From positions 32,303 to 96,302 of IMG/VR virus record IMGVR_UViG_3300017911_002158: 64,000 nt of DNA; one strand, written 5' to 3'. The notes under the pieces are model-generated. The model ran no database searches. It saw only the letters and a list, made by a program, of their open reading frames with translations, and was not told the DNA's origin. This document shows, piece after piece, positions 21,080 through 31,309 of this stretch. The DNA comes from a virus (lineage: Duplodnaviria; Caudoviricetes). The first letter of the stretch is position 1. Each line of letters begins with the position of its first letter. The position numbers and the translations under genes were made by a program.

Positions 21080-22093
21080 TTAGAGAGAACCGAGGATGAC
21101 TCTGCGGTTGTCTAGAACAGCAAAGCCTTGCTCTGCCCAACCGTAGAAACCAGCTCTCTTCTGTCTGTGAAGCGAATCGTCTTCGAAGATTTGAACTTCT
21201 TGACGAACTGGCATCACAAAAGAATCTCTCTTGCGTAGGTCTAGACCAACGACAACTTCGGTATTGTGATCAGTTGGCATGGTGCCACTTAGTTCATTGG
21301 AGTAGAATAGTTGATACTCCTGACCACTACCTAGTTCGTCTAGGTCATGTAGATTAACGCCAAAGATTCTATTGACACTGCCATCAGCAGCTGTGTAGAT
21401 CTCACGACGAGTAACTTCGTCAACTTGATCAACACCCCAGTTGCGAATGTCCTCCATGGCTTCTGGAGAAACATATAGGTCTGTTAAGGCACCTCTATTG
21501 TTTGAAGTGCTATTACCACCGCCATTACGACGCATAACAGTCTTCATGAGGCTAACAAGACGCTTAGTGAACTGACCGTTTTCAGCATCTCCATCATAAA
21601 CAACGATGTTGCGATCAACACCAGCTGCTAATAGGGTATGCCAACCGTCGTCGTTCATCTTCTTAACGAACTGGGCTTCCATAACTTCCATAGCACGACC
21701 AACAACATCCCAACGAGCATCACGGGCATACTTTAAGAGATAGTCGATGCTGGCACCAATGTCATAGGTTGGAACCATGACATAGTCGCCTTCGACATGA
21801 CGCTCTGGAATATATCCGTGATTTGGAATGGTATAAGCAACAAAATCTTTTTCAGTGCCAGGAGCAAGAAAATCCAATGGAAATTCTGGAGTGGCACTTT
21901 CTGATAATCTAACTGGCTCGAAAATGCCATCTAGAATATCTCCATTGAGAACACCTTGTCTTAATGGGAGTTCTAGAGCTTTGGCAAACTGTGCGTTAGC
22001 TTCTAAAGACTGATTCTTCTCTGCTGAGCCAGAGCGCATTAGAAGATCAGTAAGTTCTTGAGAAGGCTGAAATTTATCGTAAGATGCTGACAT
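21080..22093 (-). CDS. Major capsid protein
   Basis: 337 aa, downstream of protease/scaffold and decoration genes; ends GFYGWAEQGFAVLDNRRV (HK97-fold-type C-terminus). Confidence 0.8.
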   Translation of the reverse strand: MSASYDKFQPSQELTDLLMRSGSAEKNQSLEANAQFAKALELPLRQGVLNGDILDGIFEPVRLSESATPEFPLDFLAPGTEKDFVAYTIPNHGYIPERHVEGDYVMVPTYDIGASIDYLLKYARDARWDVVGRAMEVMEAQFVKKMNDDGWHTLLAAGVDRNIVVYDGDAENGQFTKRLVSLMKTVMRRNGGGNSTSNNRGALTDLYVSPEAMEDIRNWGVDQVDEVTRREIYTAADGSVNRIFGVNLHDLDELGSGQEYQLFYSNELSGTMPTDHNTEVVVGLDLRKRDSFVMPVRQEVQIFEDDSLHRQKRAGFYGWAEQGFAVLDNRRVILGSL

Positions 22094-22112
22094 TGTTTTT
22101 TTCTCCCATTTA

Positions 22113-22568
22113 TTAGACGTTGATTGAAACTTTAGCGTAACCGTCGGAATCTTTAGCGCTTAAGAACTGACCAACAGCAACTGCGCCAGTTTCTTGAGTA
22201 GCACTAATATTACCGCCACTATGAACATAAGCGACTTGACCAGCGGCTGGATCGCCATCAATGTTATTAGTAGTGACTTGACCATTTCTTAGGACAGTAA
22301 CTTTGCCGCCCTTTTGTACTTCGTCTTTGTGCCAGTTAATGTGTTGTCTAGTTAGATCAAGATCTACAACATCATTAAGTAATACTCCGACAGGATATGC
22401 ACCGCTTGGATTGCTGGCATATGAGACAACAGCATTAGCATCGTCCATAGCAACTCCAACACCAGTTGAAGCTGTTGAAACAGATACTACGCCTCCTCTA
22501 GTACCAGTTGTACTCATGAAAAATGAGATATCAGTAAGTAGTTCGATACGATCAGGTTTTAGAGCCAT
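22113..22568 (-). CDS. Capsid decoration/cement protein
   Basis: 151 aa between scaffold and capsid genes; PVGVLLND...G.VTV...VGQFLS. Confidence 0.65.
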   Translation of the reverse strand: MALKPDRIELLTDISFFMSTTGTRGGVVSVSTASTGVGVAMDDANAVVSYASNPSGAYPVGVLLNDVVDLDLTRQHINWHKDEVQKGGKVTVLRNGQVTTNNIDGDPAAGQVAYVHSGGNISATQETGAVAVGQFLSAKDSDGYAKVSINV

Positions 22569-22570
22569 TT

Positions 22571-23326
22571 TTATTCTCCCTTATTTAGTTTTTTACCGAG
22601 TCTAGAATAAACAAAATCAATTAAAGCCGCGCTAGTTGTGTTGGCTTCAGAATTATCTTCACCACCAACAGTAAGATCTAGAGCTTCGGTCTCTTCAACC
22701 TCTTCTAAAATCTCTTCTGTTGTATCAAATTCATTTTCTGCTTTTGATTCTTTTTCTTTTTTCTTATCTAAAGCTTCTTTGAGGGCTGGAGGCATAGCTG
22801 CTTCAGCTTCTTTTTCCTCTTTTTTGCCATCATGTTCTTTAGCCATTTTTTTCTTCATCATAGCAATTACTGAATCAAATGCTTCGTCATCCAGAGCATC
22901 ATAAGCAGCAAGAGACTCTTCAATTTCTGAGGCTTCAAATCCACAGTCAATCAAAGAGGCAGTTCTTTTTGCCATTAGTTCTTTGTTTTTCATGCCCTTG
23001 ATCTCGTCTTTCATCTTCTTCATTGTTGCTTCTGCTTCATCAAGCTTTTTCTTGTCTTCTTCTTTTTCTGCCATATACTTTTTCATAGCAGCTTCAGATT
23101 CTTCAAGCTTAGATTGTAGCTCTGCAATGGTAGCAACTTTATCATCAAGTTCAGCTTGAACCTGTTCTAAAGATGGACCTTCAGTTTGTTCGGTTTCAGA
23201 AACTTCTGTGACTTCTGTAGCTTCTACAGGTGCCTCAACGGTTTCTGTAGTTTCAGCTTCACAAGCAACGACTTGCTCTTCTGCAACTTCTTCAGGTTTA
23301 ATTTCTAATTCTTCTTGTTTGCTCAT
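22571..23326 (-). CDS. Nested in-frame scaffold protein (MSKQEE start)
   Basis: GGAGG RBS at 23335-23339 and GGTGTA motif at 23369-23374 upstream of an in-frame ATG. Confidence 0.6.
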   Translation of the reverse strand: MSKQEELEIKPEEVAEEQVVACEAETTETVEAPVEATEVTEVSETEQTEGPSLEQVQAELDDKVATIAELQSKLEESEAAMKKYMAEKEEDKKKLDEAEATMKKMKDEIKGMKNKELMAKRTASLIDCGFEASEIEESLAAYDALDDEAFDSVIAMMKKKMAKEHDGKKEEKEAEAAMPPALKEALDKKKEKESKAENEFDTTEEILEEVEETEALDLTVGGEDNSEANTTSAALIDFVYSRLGKKLNKGE

Positions 23327-24157
23327 TATACAAGCCTCCACAGTATGAGTTTCTATGTAATCTAATGATACACCTTTATTTTCAGAAATAACGTTTTTTA
23401 TTTGATCTTTTTTCATATCATCAAAATTGTCCAGTTTAGTCTGTAGTATAATACTATTAACATTTGCTGGTTTGTCAACATAGCCTTTACCACTAAAAGT
23501 AATATTTCTTAATACTCTACCAATTTTATAATTGTCTTTTTGTCCAGTTCCACCATAAGCTTTGAGGTATTTTGTTAAATATGCGCTATCATTATCTCTA
23601 GCAACAACTTTATAAGAACCAGTAGCAGGATCAGTAATGCCATAATCAAAATTATCGAAATAACATTCCATGCTTACATATTTAGTGCCTTCTTCGATGG
23701 AGGCGATTAATTCTCTGGTTCTCTCTTTAAGTTCAGGATCAGTATATGCTTTGTAGATAACTGAGCCAGTTAAGATATGGAAATTCTTTGGAAGGTTTTC
23801 TGATGGTGTGTTCTTATCTATAAGAATACCATCCTCTGTAATAGGATAATTAGATATAATATGTCCTACTATAATTTTTTCATCATGATTTAAATTTGTA
23901 GGTTTATGCTCTGGTGTTTCTTTGGCCTTCCAAACTTCTTCTGGTTCAAAAATATCATCATTTTTATTCCAATTAGAAGAAACCAGAATTGACTGAACAT
24001 AATACATATCGGTATCTTGTATAGATGCAAGAGCTTTCATCTGTTTAGAAATAGCATCTACACATAACGGTTCTGCTACAGATGCAAAAGACAATGATTT
24101 ATTGCCTATAATACTATCTGCTACTCCATCATCATATTCTTGTTGAAAAATTTGCAT
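22571..24157 (-). CDS. Prohead protease fused to acidic coiled-coil scaffold
   Basis: N-terminal N.NDD.F, PTNLNH, VSMEC, FSGKGYVDKPAN; C-terminal Glu/Lys coiled coil; RBS supports ATG at 24157. Confidence 0.75.
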   Translation of the reverse strand: MQIFQQEYDDGVADSIIGNKSLSFASVAEPLCVDAISKQMKALASIQDTDMYYVQSILVSSNWNKNDDIFEPEEVWKAKETPEHKPTNLNHDEKIIVGHIISNYPITEDGILIDKNTPSENLPKNFHILTGSVIYKAYTDPELKERTRELIASIEEGTKYVSMECYFDNFDYGITDPATGSYKVVARDNDSAYLTKYLKAYGGTGQKDNYKIGRVLRNITFSGKGYVDKPANVNSIILQTKLDNFDDMKKDQIKNVISENKGVSLDYIETHTVEACIMSKQEELEIKPEEVAEEQVVACEAETTETVEAPVEATEVTEVSETEQTEGPSLEQVQAELDDKVATIAELQSKLEESEAAMKKYMAEKEEDKKKLDEAEATMKKMKDEIKGMKNKELMAKRTASLIDCGFEASEIEESLAAYDALDDEAFDSVIAMMKKKMAKEHDGKKEEKEAEAAMPPALKEALDKKKEKESKAENEFDTTEEILEEVEETEALDLTVGGEDNSEANTTSAALIDFVYSRLGKKLNKGE

Positions 24158-24171
24158 TTTAGCCTCCAAAT

Positions 24172-26286
24172 TCAAGCATACACCATAGAATAGAAATACG
24201 CCTTTAATTGTTTATAATCATCAGTAGTTAAGTCTTTGTCTATGCTAGATTTAATTTGTTTAGAAAACTGATTATATTTATTTATAGTGTTTTGATTTTG
24301 AGATGACTTAATCTTTTCTTTAATAAGTTCACTAGTAACATTGTCTAAAGGATTAATACTAAATAAGATAGATGTCTTAACATTGTCAGCTGTTTCATAT
24401 TCTGACTGAGAAAGGCTTCTCATATTCTTTTTATTAAAAAACTCTAAGAATACAGGATTTACAATATCTGATATTTGTTCTTGTAGACCTAATGCTTTCA
24501 TGATTAATGAGGCACCAGTCTGTGGGGCAAATTCTTTTTGTTTTCTTGGCTGGCTATCTTTAGAAGTTTTTGGTCTACCTTGACCAGATACGCCCTGAAT
24601 ATCTTTTTTGGGAGCAAACTGACTTTTTAGTTCCAGCATTGTTTTTTCATTATTATCATTAGGATTCAGTTCTAGTCCCACTTGACTAGGAGTAGCAATC
24701 CCTAATTGTAATGCTACCTTTCTTAGGTTGTAATCATTAGTAACATATGGTCCAAGCTTAGATTCTGTCTTGTTTTCTCTTTCTACTCGTACATTTTCTA
24801 GCTCAGGATCAGCACCAAATCTCTTTTGCACAAATTCATTGGACACAATATTACGATCTGCCAATTGAATGATCAATGCTTTTTCTGCTTCTTCATTGCT
24901 TAGATCCATGTTATCAAATTCTATTTTTGCAGAATACCTGAAGCCCATGACCTTTTGGATCATGTCTAGTTCTTCTTGCCAAAATCTTCTTAAAACATCT
25001 CTGCCATATTGTAATCTTTGTGTTAGAGTTTTTAAGCTGATAAAATTATTGGTAGTACCAGCTGCTCCGTATGTTCCAGTTAGGGTTGGAGGAATGCCTA
25101 ATCCAGCATATACATTATTGAGATGCGGAGTATATTTTGCCTCACCAAGAAATTGATGAACATTAGTATTGCTCTCAATCAACTCAATATCTGGACCCCA
25201 AACAATATCCATTGTACCACCGCCTACATTATTCTGTAAAATAGAAGCAAGCTTTGAAGCTGCTGCTTTGGTAGGTGCAATTTTATGGTCTAAATTACCG
25301 AGCTTAAATATTCTAGTATTTGAAATAGCTCCATCAAGTGCTGCCATATCCGCTAGCTTCAATTTTTCTAAGACTGTAATATCATCCATGATGCTATACA
25401 TCATTGGAAATGCCCAAGTCTGCCAGTCATCCTTTTTGTAATGACTAACAATGACTTTATCAGGATCTAAGAAATATGGTTTTTTAGTTTTGGCTGCTTC
25501 AATTACCTCTGGAGGCAATTTAGAAACCATAAACTTTTCTGCATCATTTTTGGGAGAATTAATGATCTTACGAAGGTGTGCAGGAAGTTTCAAACCATAA
25601 GCCTTTTTTCCGCCAACAAAAGAAGCTAGCGGACCAGCAGCGATTTCAATATACATAGGATCAATAAATGTATATTTCCAAGGGATTTCTTTGGCCCCAA
25701 GAGATGTAATTTCTTTACGAATATCTCTATCTGTAAAATCTGCAGCATTAGCTTTATACATATCTTTAATTGATCTGTTAGTAAGCTTTGCTGTTCTTCT
25801 TGTCATTACGACATTTCCTATGCGATATAGATTATTTAAAAATCTTTCGCTACGATCTTTTCCATTAACCTTTTTAAACCAATTCCTGTAAAATCTTTCT
25901 ATTCTTTTATTAGGATGAGAAACAGTAATTCCCTGAGCAGCAAAATCACCCATAAGATCGATGACATTTTTAACTAATCCTACTCTTTGATAAATAAATT
26001 CTGCTCTATTTAATACTGCATATATTTGATTAGGAACAGCTTCGTGAGGACGATAGTAATCATAGTCTGATTTGCTAAGTCCTGGTCTACTGGAAATATT
26101 AGGTAGTAGATTCGAGAAATCTTGTCTATTAGATATTCTGCCAGTTCCAGCCTTGGCATGATGAATACCAACGTATTCTTCTAAAGATCCTGCGCTAGCA
26201 CTCAATGCTTCTTGTTGACTAGCCTCATTGTCTCCCCAGAAAACAAAAGGAGTTTCTAGGTTCTCATTATTATTATTTTGTTTCAT
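24172..26286 (-). CDS. Portal protein
   Basis: ~700 aa between terminase and protease; LVKNVIDLMGDF, AGLGIPP motifs. Confidence 0.8.
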   Translation of the reverse strand: MKQNNNNENLETPFVFWGDNEASQQEALSASAGSLEEYVGIHHAKAGTGRISNRQDFSNLLPNISSRPGLSKSDYDYYRPHEAVPNQIYAVLNRAEFIYQRVGLVKNVIDLMGDFAAQGITVSHPNKRIERFYRNWFKKVNGKDRSERFLNNLYRIGNVVMTRRTAKLTNRSIKDMYKANAADFTDRDIRKEITSLGAKEIPWKYTFIDPMYIEIAAGPLASFVGGKKAYGLKLPAHLRKIINSPKNDAEKFMVSKLPPEVIEAAKTKKPYFLDPDKVIVSHYKKDDWQTWAFPMMYSIMDDITVLEKLKLADMAALDGAISNTRIFKLGNLDHKIAPTKAAASKLASILQNNVGGGTMDIVWGPDIELIESNTNVHQFLGEAKYTPHLNNVYAGLGIPPTLTGTYGAAGTTNNFISLKTLTQRLQYGRDVLRRFWQEELDMIQKVMGFRYSAKIEFDNMDLSNEEAEKALIIQLADRNIVSNEFVQKRFGADPELENVRVERENKTESKLGPYVTNDYNLRKVALQLGIATPSQVGLELNPNDNNEKTMLELKSQFAPKKDIQGVSGQGRPKTSKDSQPRKQKEFAPQTGASLIMKALGLQEQISDIVNPVFLEFFNKKNMRSLSQSEYETADNVKTSILFSINPLDNVTSELIKEKIKSSQNQNTINKYNQFSKQIKSSIDKDLTTDDYKQLKAYFYSMVYA

Positions 26287-26333
26287 GTTTTTCAATACTA
26301 TTGCAATGTAATTGGTTTATGAATATTTACACC

Positions 26334-28367
26334 TTATTTTTGAATTCCTAGATAAATATCGTCATTTGCAGCTTTAGTAAACCACTCTGGTCCTTTATAC
26401 ATTTCAGAATCTTTGCTCTTAACCATATCCTGAGCACTTCCTCCTATTACATTATATTCAGGATCTACTAATTGTAAATCTAATTGTCTAGCTATCATAT
26501 TAGAAATTAAAAGAGAACTATATCTATCTTTTCTTAATTTACCCTTTTTACCATGTGAACCTTTAACGTCCGGGGTATCCCACCTGTCTCTAGCCCCCAC
26601 CCCACTACTGGTTTGAGTCATAACTATGGTTGTAAGTTCATTTTTTAATTCTTCGATCTCTACAATGCATTCACTTAAACTGTCGTATAAGGGATTAAGA
26701 TCTGCCTCTAAGATGTTCTTTCCTTCTTTTTCTAATGCTAAGCCAATGCTTAATGAATCAAATCTAGGAAAAATAAGTTTTTTATCTTCAAAGTCTTTTC
26801 TTAATCCATGATTAGCACCAGCCAACCAATCGAACTTTGCAAATTGTATCAGTTCTAGTATGTGTAATCCTACCTGATTATCAGTAGGTTTTGCTTTATC
26901 ATAATCTATAATTGGCCAAATTAAACTTTCTCCTTCTTGTAGATTTTTTGGATCATGCAAAGCTTCTTCAATTGCAACTCCACCGCCCTGAGCATCAACA
27001 CCTATACTAATAACATTAAAAGCTTTCATTAAGTTTCTTATTTTTCTGGCACAGAAACTATAGAAATCATGATCTTCAGTTAGTCCTGTTTTTTGTCTTT
27101 CTCTAAAGTTGCCTCTGTTAGTAGTCCAGCAATATACTAATCTTCTATGATCTTTATTTAGTTCTATTACTGTAATGCTAAAATTATCTTTTTCACTAGC
27201 AGGATCAACACCAATAATATATTGCTTATTAGGATCTCCTTTGATAGTAGGATCAAAATTAATCTCTCCGTCCAATCCAATAATAGGATTCTTTTCATTA
27301 CATGTGCAGCTTTCTATAAGGCTGCGCTTAAAGAAGCCTTCACTATCGCTAGTAAAACAAGCAGCATATTCCATTTGATAAATACCATTATGAATAGTAG
27401 CTTTTGCTCTAGCAACCTGCTTATCATCCATAAAGCCTTTAGGTATCATCTCATATGGAATCCTGATAACGCTATAATCTTTCCAATTAAAGTTTTCAGG
27501 AACAGGCCCACCAAAAATTTCTTCTAATTCTCTAGTATCCCCCTTGCTTTCTACAATAGCTTTATATCTTCTCCAATACTGAGCAAAATGCTTAAAGCTG
27601 TAATCAGCAGTTCCACTAATAATAGCTTGATTGCTTTTCTTCACCATTAATTCATCCATCTCTGGCGTCCATATGCCAGCTTCTTTCATGGCCTTTTTCT
27701 TAGCCTCTGCCTTCACGTTTTGTATGGGGCTAGCACTAACAGCAGCGAAGCCTGACACAACTGTTTCGTAGATGTCAGGACTTATTGATGCAAATTCGTC
27801 TGCAATAATAATATGGGCACGAAGACCTCTAATTTTATCACCAGTTCCTAATGGAATAGCAACTGCCCAACTTTCGCCCAGACGCATCGTACAACGATCT
27901 ACATCTCGTCTAGGACCATCACTAGCCCCATTGAATATGCTTCGAATAATGTCGCTGTTACGCCACAAATTCTCCATATATTCAAATATAATTTTACTCT
28001 GTCGAAATGCACTACCTACTATAACAATCTTACTACCAGGAACAAACATGCATTTAAGCATCGCATACATGCCTAGTATAAATGACTTACCAAAACCACG
28101 ACTTGCAATAAACATAGGAAATGGTCTGTTCCAAAATTCCTGTAGGATTGCTACTTGTATAGGATGTAGTTCTATTCCGAATAAACTCTTGACAGTAAAT
28201 CCAAAGTAGGTAGGATCTGTCATTATTTTTAATAGATGAGCATCTGGATTTTCAATATCATATTTGGATCGCCCAATCATAAGATTGCGATCTATTACTA
28301 GCTTGCTGGTATCGCCCAGACCTAACCATGCTTCATCGAATTTTTTATTTTCTATTTTGCTGCTCAT
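26334..28367 (-). CDS. terL: Terminase large subunit
   Basis: Walker A ASRGFGKS, IRGLRA..IIADEF Walker B, GVDPA and KDRYSS nuclease motifs. Confidence 0.93.
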   Translation of the reverse strand: MSSKIENKKFDEAWLGLGDTSKLVIDRNLMIGRSKYDIENPDAHLLKIMTDPTYFGFTVKSLFGIELHPIQVAILQEFWNRPFPMFIASRGFGKSFILGMYAMLKCMFVPGSKIVIVGSAFRQSKIIFEYMENLWRNSDIIRSIFNGASDGPRRDVDRCTMRLGESWAVAIPLGTGDKIRGLRAHIIIADEFASISPDIYETVVSGFAAVSASPIQNVKAEAKKKAMKEAGIWTPEMDELMVKKSNQAIISGTADYSFKHFAQYWRRYKAIVESKGDTRELEEIFGGPVPENFNWKDYSVIRIPYEMIPKGFMDDKQVARAKATIHNGIYQMEYAACFTSDSEGFFKRSLIESCTCNEKNPIIGLDGEINFDPTIKGDPNKQYIIGVDPASEKDNFSITVIELNKDHRRLVYCWTTNRGNFRERQKTGLTEDHDFYSFCARKIRNLMKAFNVISIGVDAQGGGVAIEEALHDPKNLQEGESLIWPIIDYDKAKPTDNQVGLHILELIQFAKFDWLAGANHGLRKDFEDKKLIFPRFDSLSIGLALEKEGKNILEADLNPLYDSLSECIVEIEELKNELTTIVMTQTSSGVGARDRWDTPDVKGSHGKKGKLRKDRYSSLLISNMIARQLDLQLVDPEYNVIGGSAQDMVKSKDSEMYKGPEWFTKAANDDIYLGIQK

Positions 28368-28812
28368 TGACTCTTTTCATTATGCTAATTGCTAGTGCCA
28401 TTGCGTTTTCTCTATTACCACAAAAATGCGTTTGTATGCCATATATGGTATTAATTTCAGTTATATATTTTAGCAGATATAAGGGTGTGATACGAAGGTT
28501 TTTCCATAATTTTGGGGGTATGCCACTATTGCGGGGAAATTGTAATATGTCATATAGGTCAAATTCAAATAGTATATGTTTATGGGGATATCCTGCCATT
28601 CGGTCTAGTACGTCTTTAAATCTTTTTTCAGTTATATTATTGGACACTTCATTGACGCTACTTTTACGCTCAATACATAATAGGTTCTCAAGGCCCGCTA
28701 TGCTATAATCGCCCGTGTCTAATTTCGCCTTGGTTATATTAAAGTTATCATTAAAGTCCCACGGTTTCTGTTCCCTGGTATCTACGATAATGTCGAAGTA
28801 TTTATTTTTCAT
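28345..28812 (-). CDS. ERCC4/XPF-family nuclease
   Basis: IIVDTREQ, LDTGDYS, IERKS signature. Confidence 0.85.
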   Translation of the reverse strand: MKNKYFDIIVDTREQKPWDFNDNFNITKAKLDTGDYSIAGLENLLCIERKSSVNEVSNNITEKRFKDVLDRMAGYPHKHILFEFDLYDILQFPRNSGIPPKLWKNLRITPLYLLKYITEINTIYGIQTHFCGNRENAMALAISIMKRVNEQQNRK

Positions 28813-29072
28813 GATTGTTTGGCCGCCACGATTTTAAAAAACAAAGGAGCATAGCCATCTTCATTTCCATGAATAAAATTATGATGTCTGCGGCATAAAG
28901 TAATTCCATTATTAGGATTAAATCTTAAGCCAGGATAATCGCTCCATCTTCTTATATGATGCGCGTTAAGATATTTTTTACCTCCACACTTTGGCCACTG
29001 ACAGGTATATCTGTCCCTCTTGTATACTTGGGCCCGCCAGTTCTTATAATTGTTATCAATCGGACGAGTCAT
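28809..29072 (-). CDS. HNH endonuclease (packaging-associated)
   Basis: RDRYTCQ..CG...AHHI...NGITLC..HH. Confidence 0.88.
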   Translation of the reverse strand: MTRPIDNNYKNWRAQVYKRDRYTCQWPKCGGKKYLNAHHIRRWSDYPGLRFNPNNGITLCRRHHNFIHGNEDGYAPLFFKIVAAKQS

Positions 29073-29880
29073 GTTTACTTACCGCCTCTGGAGTTAAGAA
29101 TGGCATATCCGCACTTTTATCTTGATATACATGAACATCTTCTAAATCATCAATATGTTTTCTGACACTCATACTCATAATTTCCATTTGACGACCTTCG
29201 GCCTCTCGTATCTTTTCGTCCTCCAACATGCGAAGCAAACCTGTCCAACTACTTTTGCCGTCCTCGATTCTTTTGATTCTTTGTTCTCTAGTGGCTTTGA
29301 GATCTTTGCTTATTTTTTGTTGTTCTGCAAGGAGTTTGGTATATTCGTTTGTATAAGATGTGATGCTATTGCGGGCGAAACTTAATTGGGTTTCTAGATT
29401 GGTTAAGTATGCATTATCACGGTCTTCTTCTTGTTTTAGGTATTCGTCGTCTACCATCTTTTGAATTCGTTCAGTGTCTGCTATGTGGCGTTTGCGCTCT
29501 TTCATAGATCGGTTGATAAGAATGTCTATAGTGATAAATTGTTTAATTTGTAGTTCCTCTGCTGGTAACACATCTTCCCGGAATTGTTTAATAAGGCCGA
29601 TCCATGTGTCTTCGAAATATTTTAATTCTCCAGTATCAGCGTCAAACTGACGTTCTATTTCGCTCCAGAAAGTTTTTTTGTGAAGTTTGTGTCTTAAGTA
29701 TTTGGTGTCTTCGTCAGAGTCTTCTTCTCCTGCTAGTAGATGGTTGTCTTCTATAAATCTTTCTATAGGAGCAACGCTTCTGTTTAGATACTCTGCTATT
29801 TCTTCAACACTGTCTTTTTTAAAGTGATCACGAATATGTTTTTGTTCGCTAAGACTTAGCTGGCCTCTTTTTTTACTCAT
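29056..29880 (-). CDS. Putative terminase small subunit (HTH plus coiled coil)
   Basis: SVEEIAEYLNRS HTH, coiled coil, upstream of terL. Confidence 0.45.
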   Translation of the reverse strand: MSKKRGQLSLSEQKHIRDHFKKDSVEEIAEYLNRSVAPIERFIEDNHLLAGEEDSDEDTKYLRHKLHKKTFWSEIERQFDADTGELKYFEDTWIGLIKQFREDVLPAEELQIKQFITIDILINRSMKERKRHIADTERIQKMVDDEYLKQEEDRDNAYLTNLETQLSFARNSITSYTNEYTKLLAEQQKISKDLKATREQRIKRIEDGKSSWTGLLRMLEDEKIREAEGRQMEIMSMSVRKHIDDLEDVHVYQDKSADMPFLTPEAVSKHDSSD

Positions 29881-30508
29881 AACTATTTAGTATCTCTTTA
29901 ATGTTTTGCAGAAGAAGGGAGTTATACTTTTTGGGGATCTTTTGTCCATAAAGAATCATAAGGTAATATTTACGAAGTTCTACTTTAATGTGGGGATCTA
30001 TCTTTTTTAATATTTCTTGGTTTTGTATACTAGAGATAAAATCTAATTCAGGGTTTTGTATACTCTCTGCTTTTTCTGTGTGGCTAACCTGCATAAGGTT
30101 CTTTTTGTTGTTATTTTTAACGTACCAATTATTGTATAGGGTGCAATTAGTTTTACAGTTGAACTGGGTGCATTGACTAGTGCTTTTTGCATAGTCTTTG
30201 TCATAAAACTCGCAGGTGCTGCAAGGAAGATCTGGTCTTTGATATTTGTCTCGTTTGAAATTAAAAAGACGATTGCGAATGTGGGTCCAAAGAAAATTTT
30301 CTAGGGGTTTGCTAGTGTCATAATTTTCTAGTCCTTGCAAGGCAAAAATGTATGCTTGCTGTTTCATATCTTCTATGTCATGATAGCCAAATCTAAATTT
30401 ATGAAGCAGCTTGTAACAGATTTTATCTATAGTTTCAAGAAAGTGTTTCTCTGTTACTTTGTCTAAGATCATCTTTTCCTTGGGTTTCTTCTTGGTTCGT
30501 TGTGCCAT
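29873..30508 (-). CDS. Phage sigma70-family sigma factor with Cys-rich insert
   Basis: Region 2-like DIEDMKQQAYIFALQGLENYD...FLWTHIRNRLFNFKR; CSTC..C..C..C insert; short C-terminus. Confidence 0.72.
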   Translation of the reverse strand: MAQRTKKKPKEKMILDKVTEKHFLETIDKICYKLLHKFRFGYHDIEDMKQQAYIFALQGLENYDTSKPLENFLWTHIRNRLFNFKRDKYQRPDLPCSTCEFYDKDYAKSTSQCTQFNCKTNCTLYNNWYVKNNNKKNLMQVSHTEKAESIQNPELDFISSIQNQEILKKIDPHIKVELRKYYLMILYGQKIPKKYNSLLLQNIKEILNSYE

Positions 30509-30649
30509 CTAGTAGCTCCGCTATGCTTTTTCCATCGGGCAGATGCAGTTCAGCCTCTGATGGATGAGTGTCTGGGTTTCCTGTTACTTTAAGTGATGAT
30601 GCTGCGAAAATATGGTCCATAGTTTCTCCTGCAATAGTATTATAATGGT

Positions 30650-30677
30650 ATTATAGAATCTATACACCAAAAGTCAA
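30650..30677 (-). promoter_or_regulatory. sigma70 promoter with embedded GGTGTA late motif, driving the leftward arm
   Basis: TTGACT-16-TATAAT on the minus strand with GGTGTATA in the spacer. Confidence 0.65.
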
Positions 30678-30763
30678 GTTTCATTAATATGTGTATCTTA
30701 GTGTTAATCTTTATGGTTTAGGTATTACATTTTAGGATAGTTGGGCTTGCTATGTTAGTACCA

Positions 30764-30924
30764 CCCCCCGCAATTTGGGGGGTACCCCACCAATGGGGGG
30801 GAAATGAAAAAACCCCCCTAGATAGGGGGAATATCACAACACGATACCCTACCGATAAGGGGTGCAGCAAAATGCAATGCAAAATGCAAAAAACGATGCA
30901 AAATGCTACACCTACCAATGGGGG
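30764..30924. repeat. Cluster of five CCCC-N6-GGGG-type boxes plus TGCAAAA short repeats
   Basis: Boxes at about 30764, 30785, 30813, 30847 and 30911; GCAAAA(T) four times at 30867-30906. Confidence 0.8.
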
Positions 30925-30974
30925 ATACGATACGAAAAACCCTATTTTTATAGGCTCAAAAATTTTTTTCCGAA

Positions 30975-30990
30975 TGGCACGCCGATTGCA
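30975..30990 (+). promoter_or_regulatory. sigma54 consensus promoter
   Basis: TGGCACGCCGATTGCA = TGGCACG-N4-TTGCA. Confidence 0.6.
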
Positions 30991-31038
30991 CTATATTCTG
31001 GCATGGAAAACGGAAGAAAAAAAATCGAAAAAAATCTC

Positions 31039-31074
31039 TTGACGATTCAAGATTCGATGCTAAACTTCCGATAT
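31039..31074 (+). promoter_or_regulatory. Composite sigma70/sigma28-like promoter
   Basis: TTGACG-16-TAAACT overlapping TCAAG-15-TCCGATAT. Confidence 0.6.
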
Positions 31075-31107
31075 AGAAAACAGACCTTTACTTTGGAGAT
31101 TGAAAAA

Positions 31108-31260
31108 ATGGAATTGGAAATTGTGACCGTTTACGTTTCGGATTGCTGCGGTGCATATCTTGATGATGCCCACGTTCAACATGGCATCTGCCACGATTGC
31201 GGTGAGCATTGCGAAATTATCACCGAAGAATATCCTGCCACCCCCGTTTGTGGGGGGTGA
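31108..31260 (+). CDS. Small Cys-rich (zinc-binding) protein
   Basis: RBS GGAG; SDCCGA...CHDCGEHC. Confidence 0.6.
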   Translation: MELEIVTVYVSDCCGAYLDDAHVQHGICHDCGEHCEIITEEYPATPVCGG

Positions 31261-31309
31261 AAATAGAATAGACTGCCGATAGACTAGACTAGTTCGCCAC
31301 CACCATAGG

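Noticed and set aside
30777-30862. G-quadruplex from four G runs
   Set aside because: Each G run is preceded by a complementary C run and the loops are long; palindromic boxes explain the pattern better
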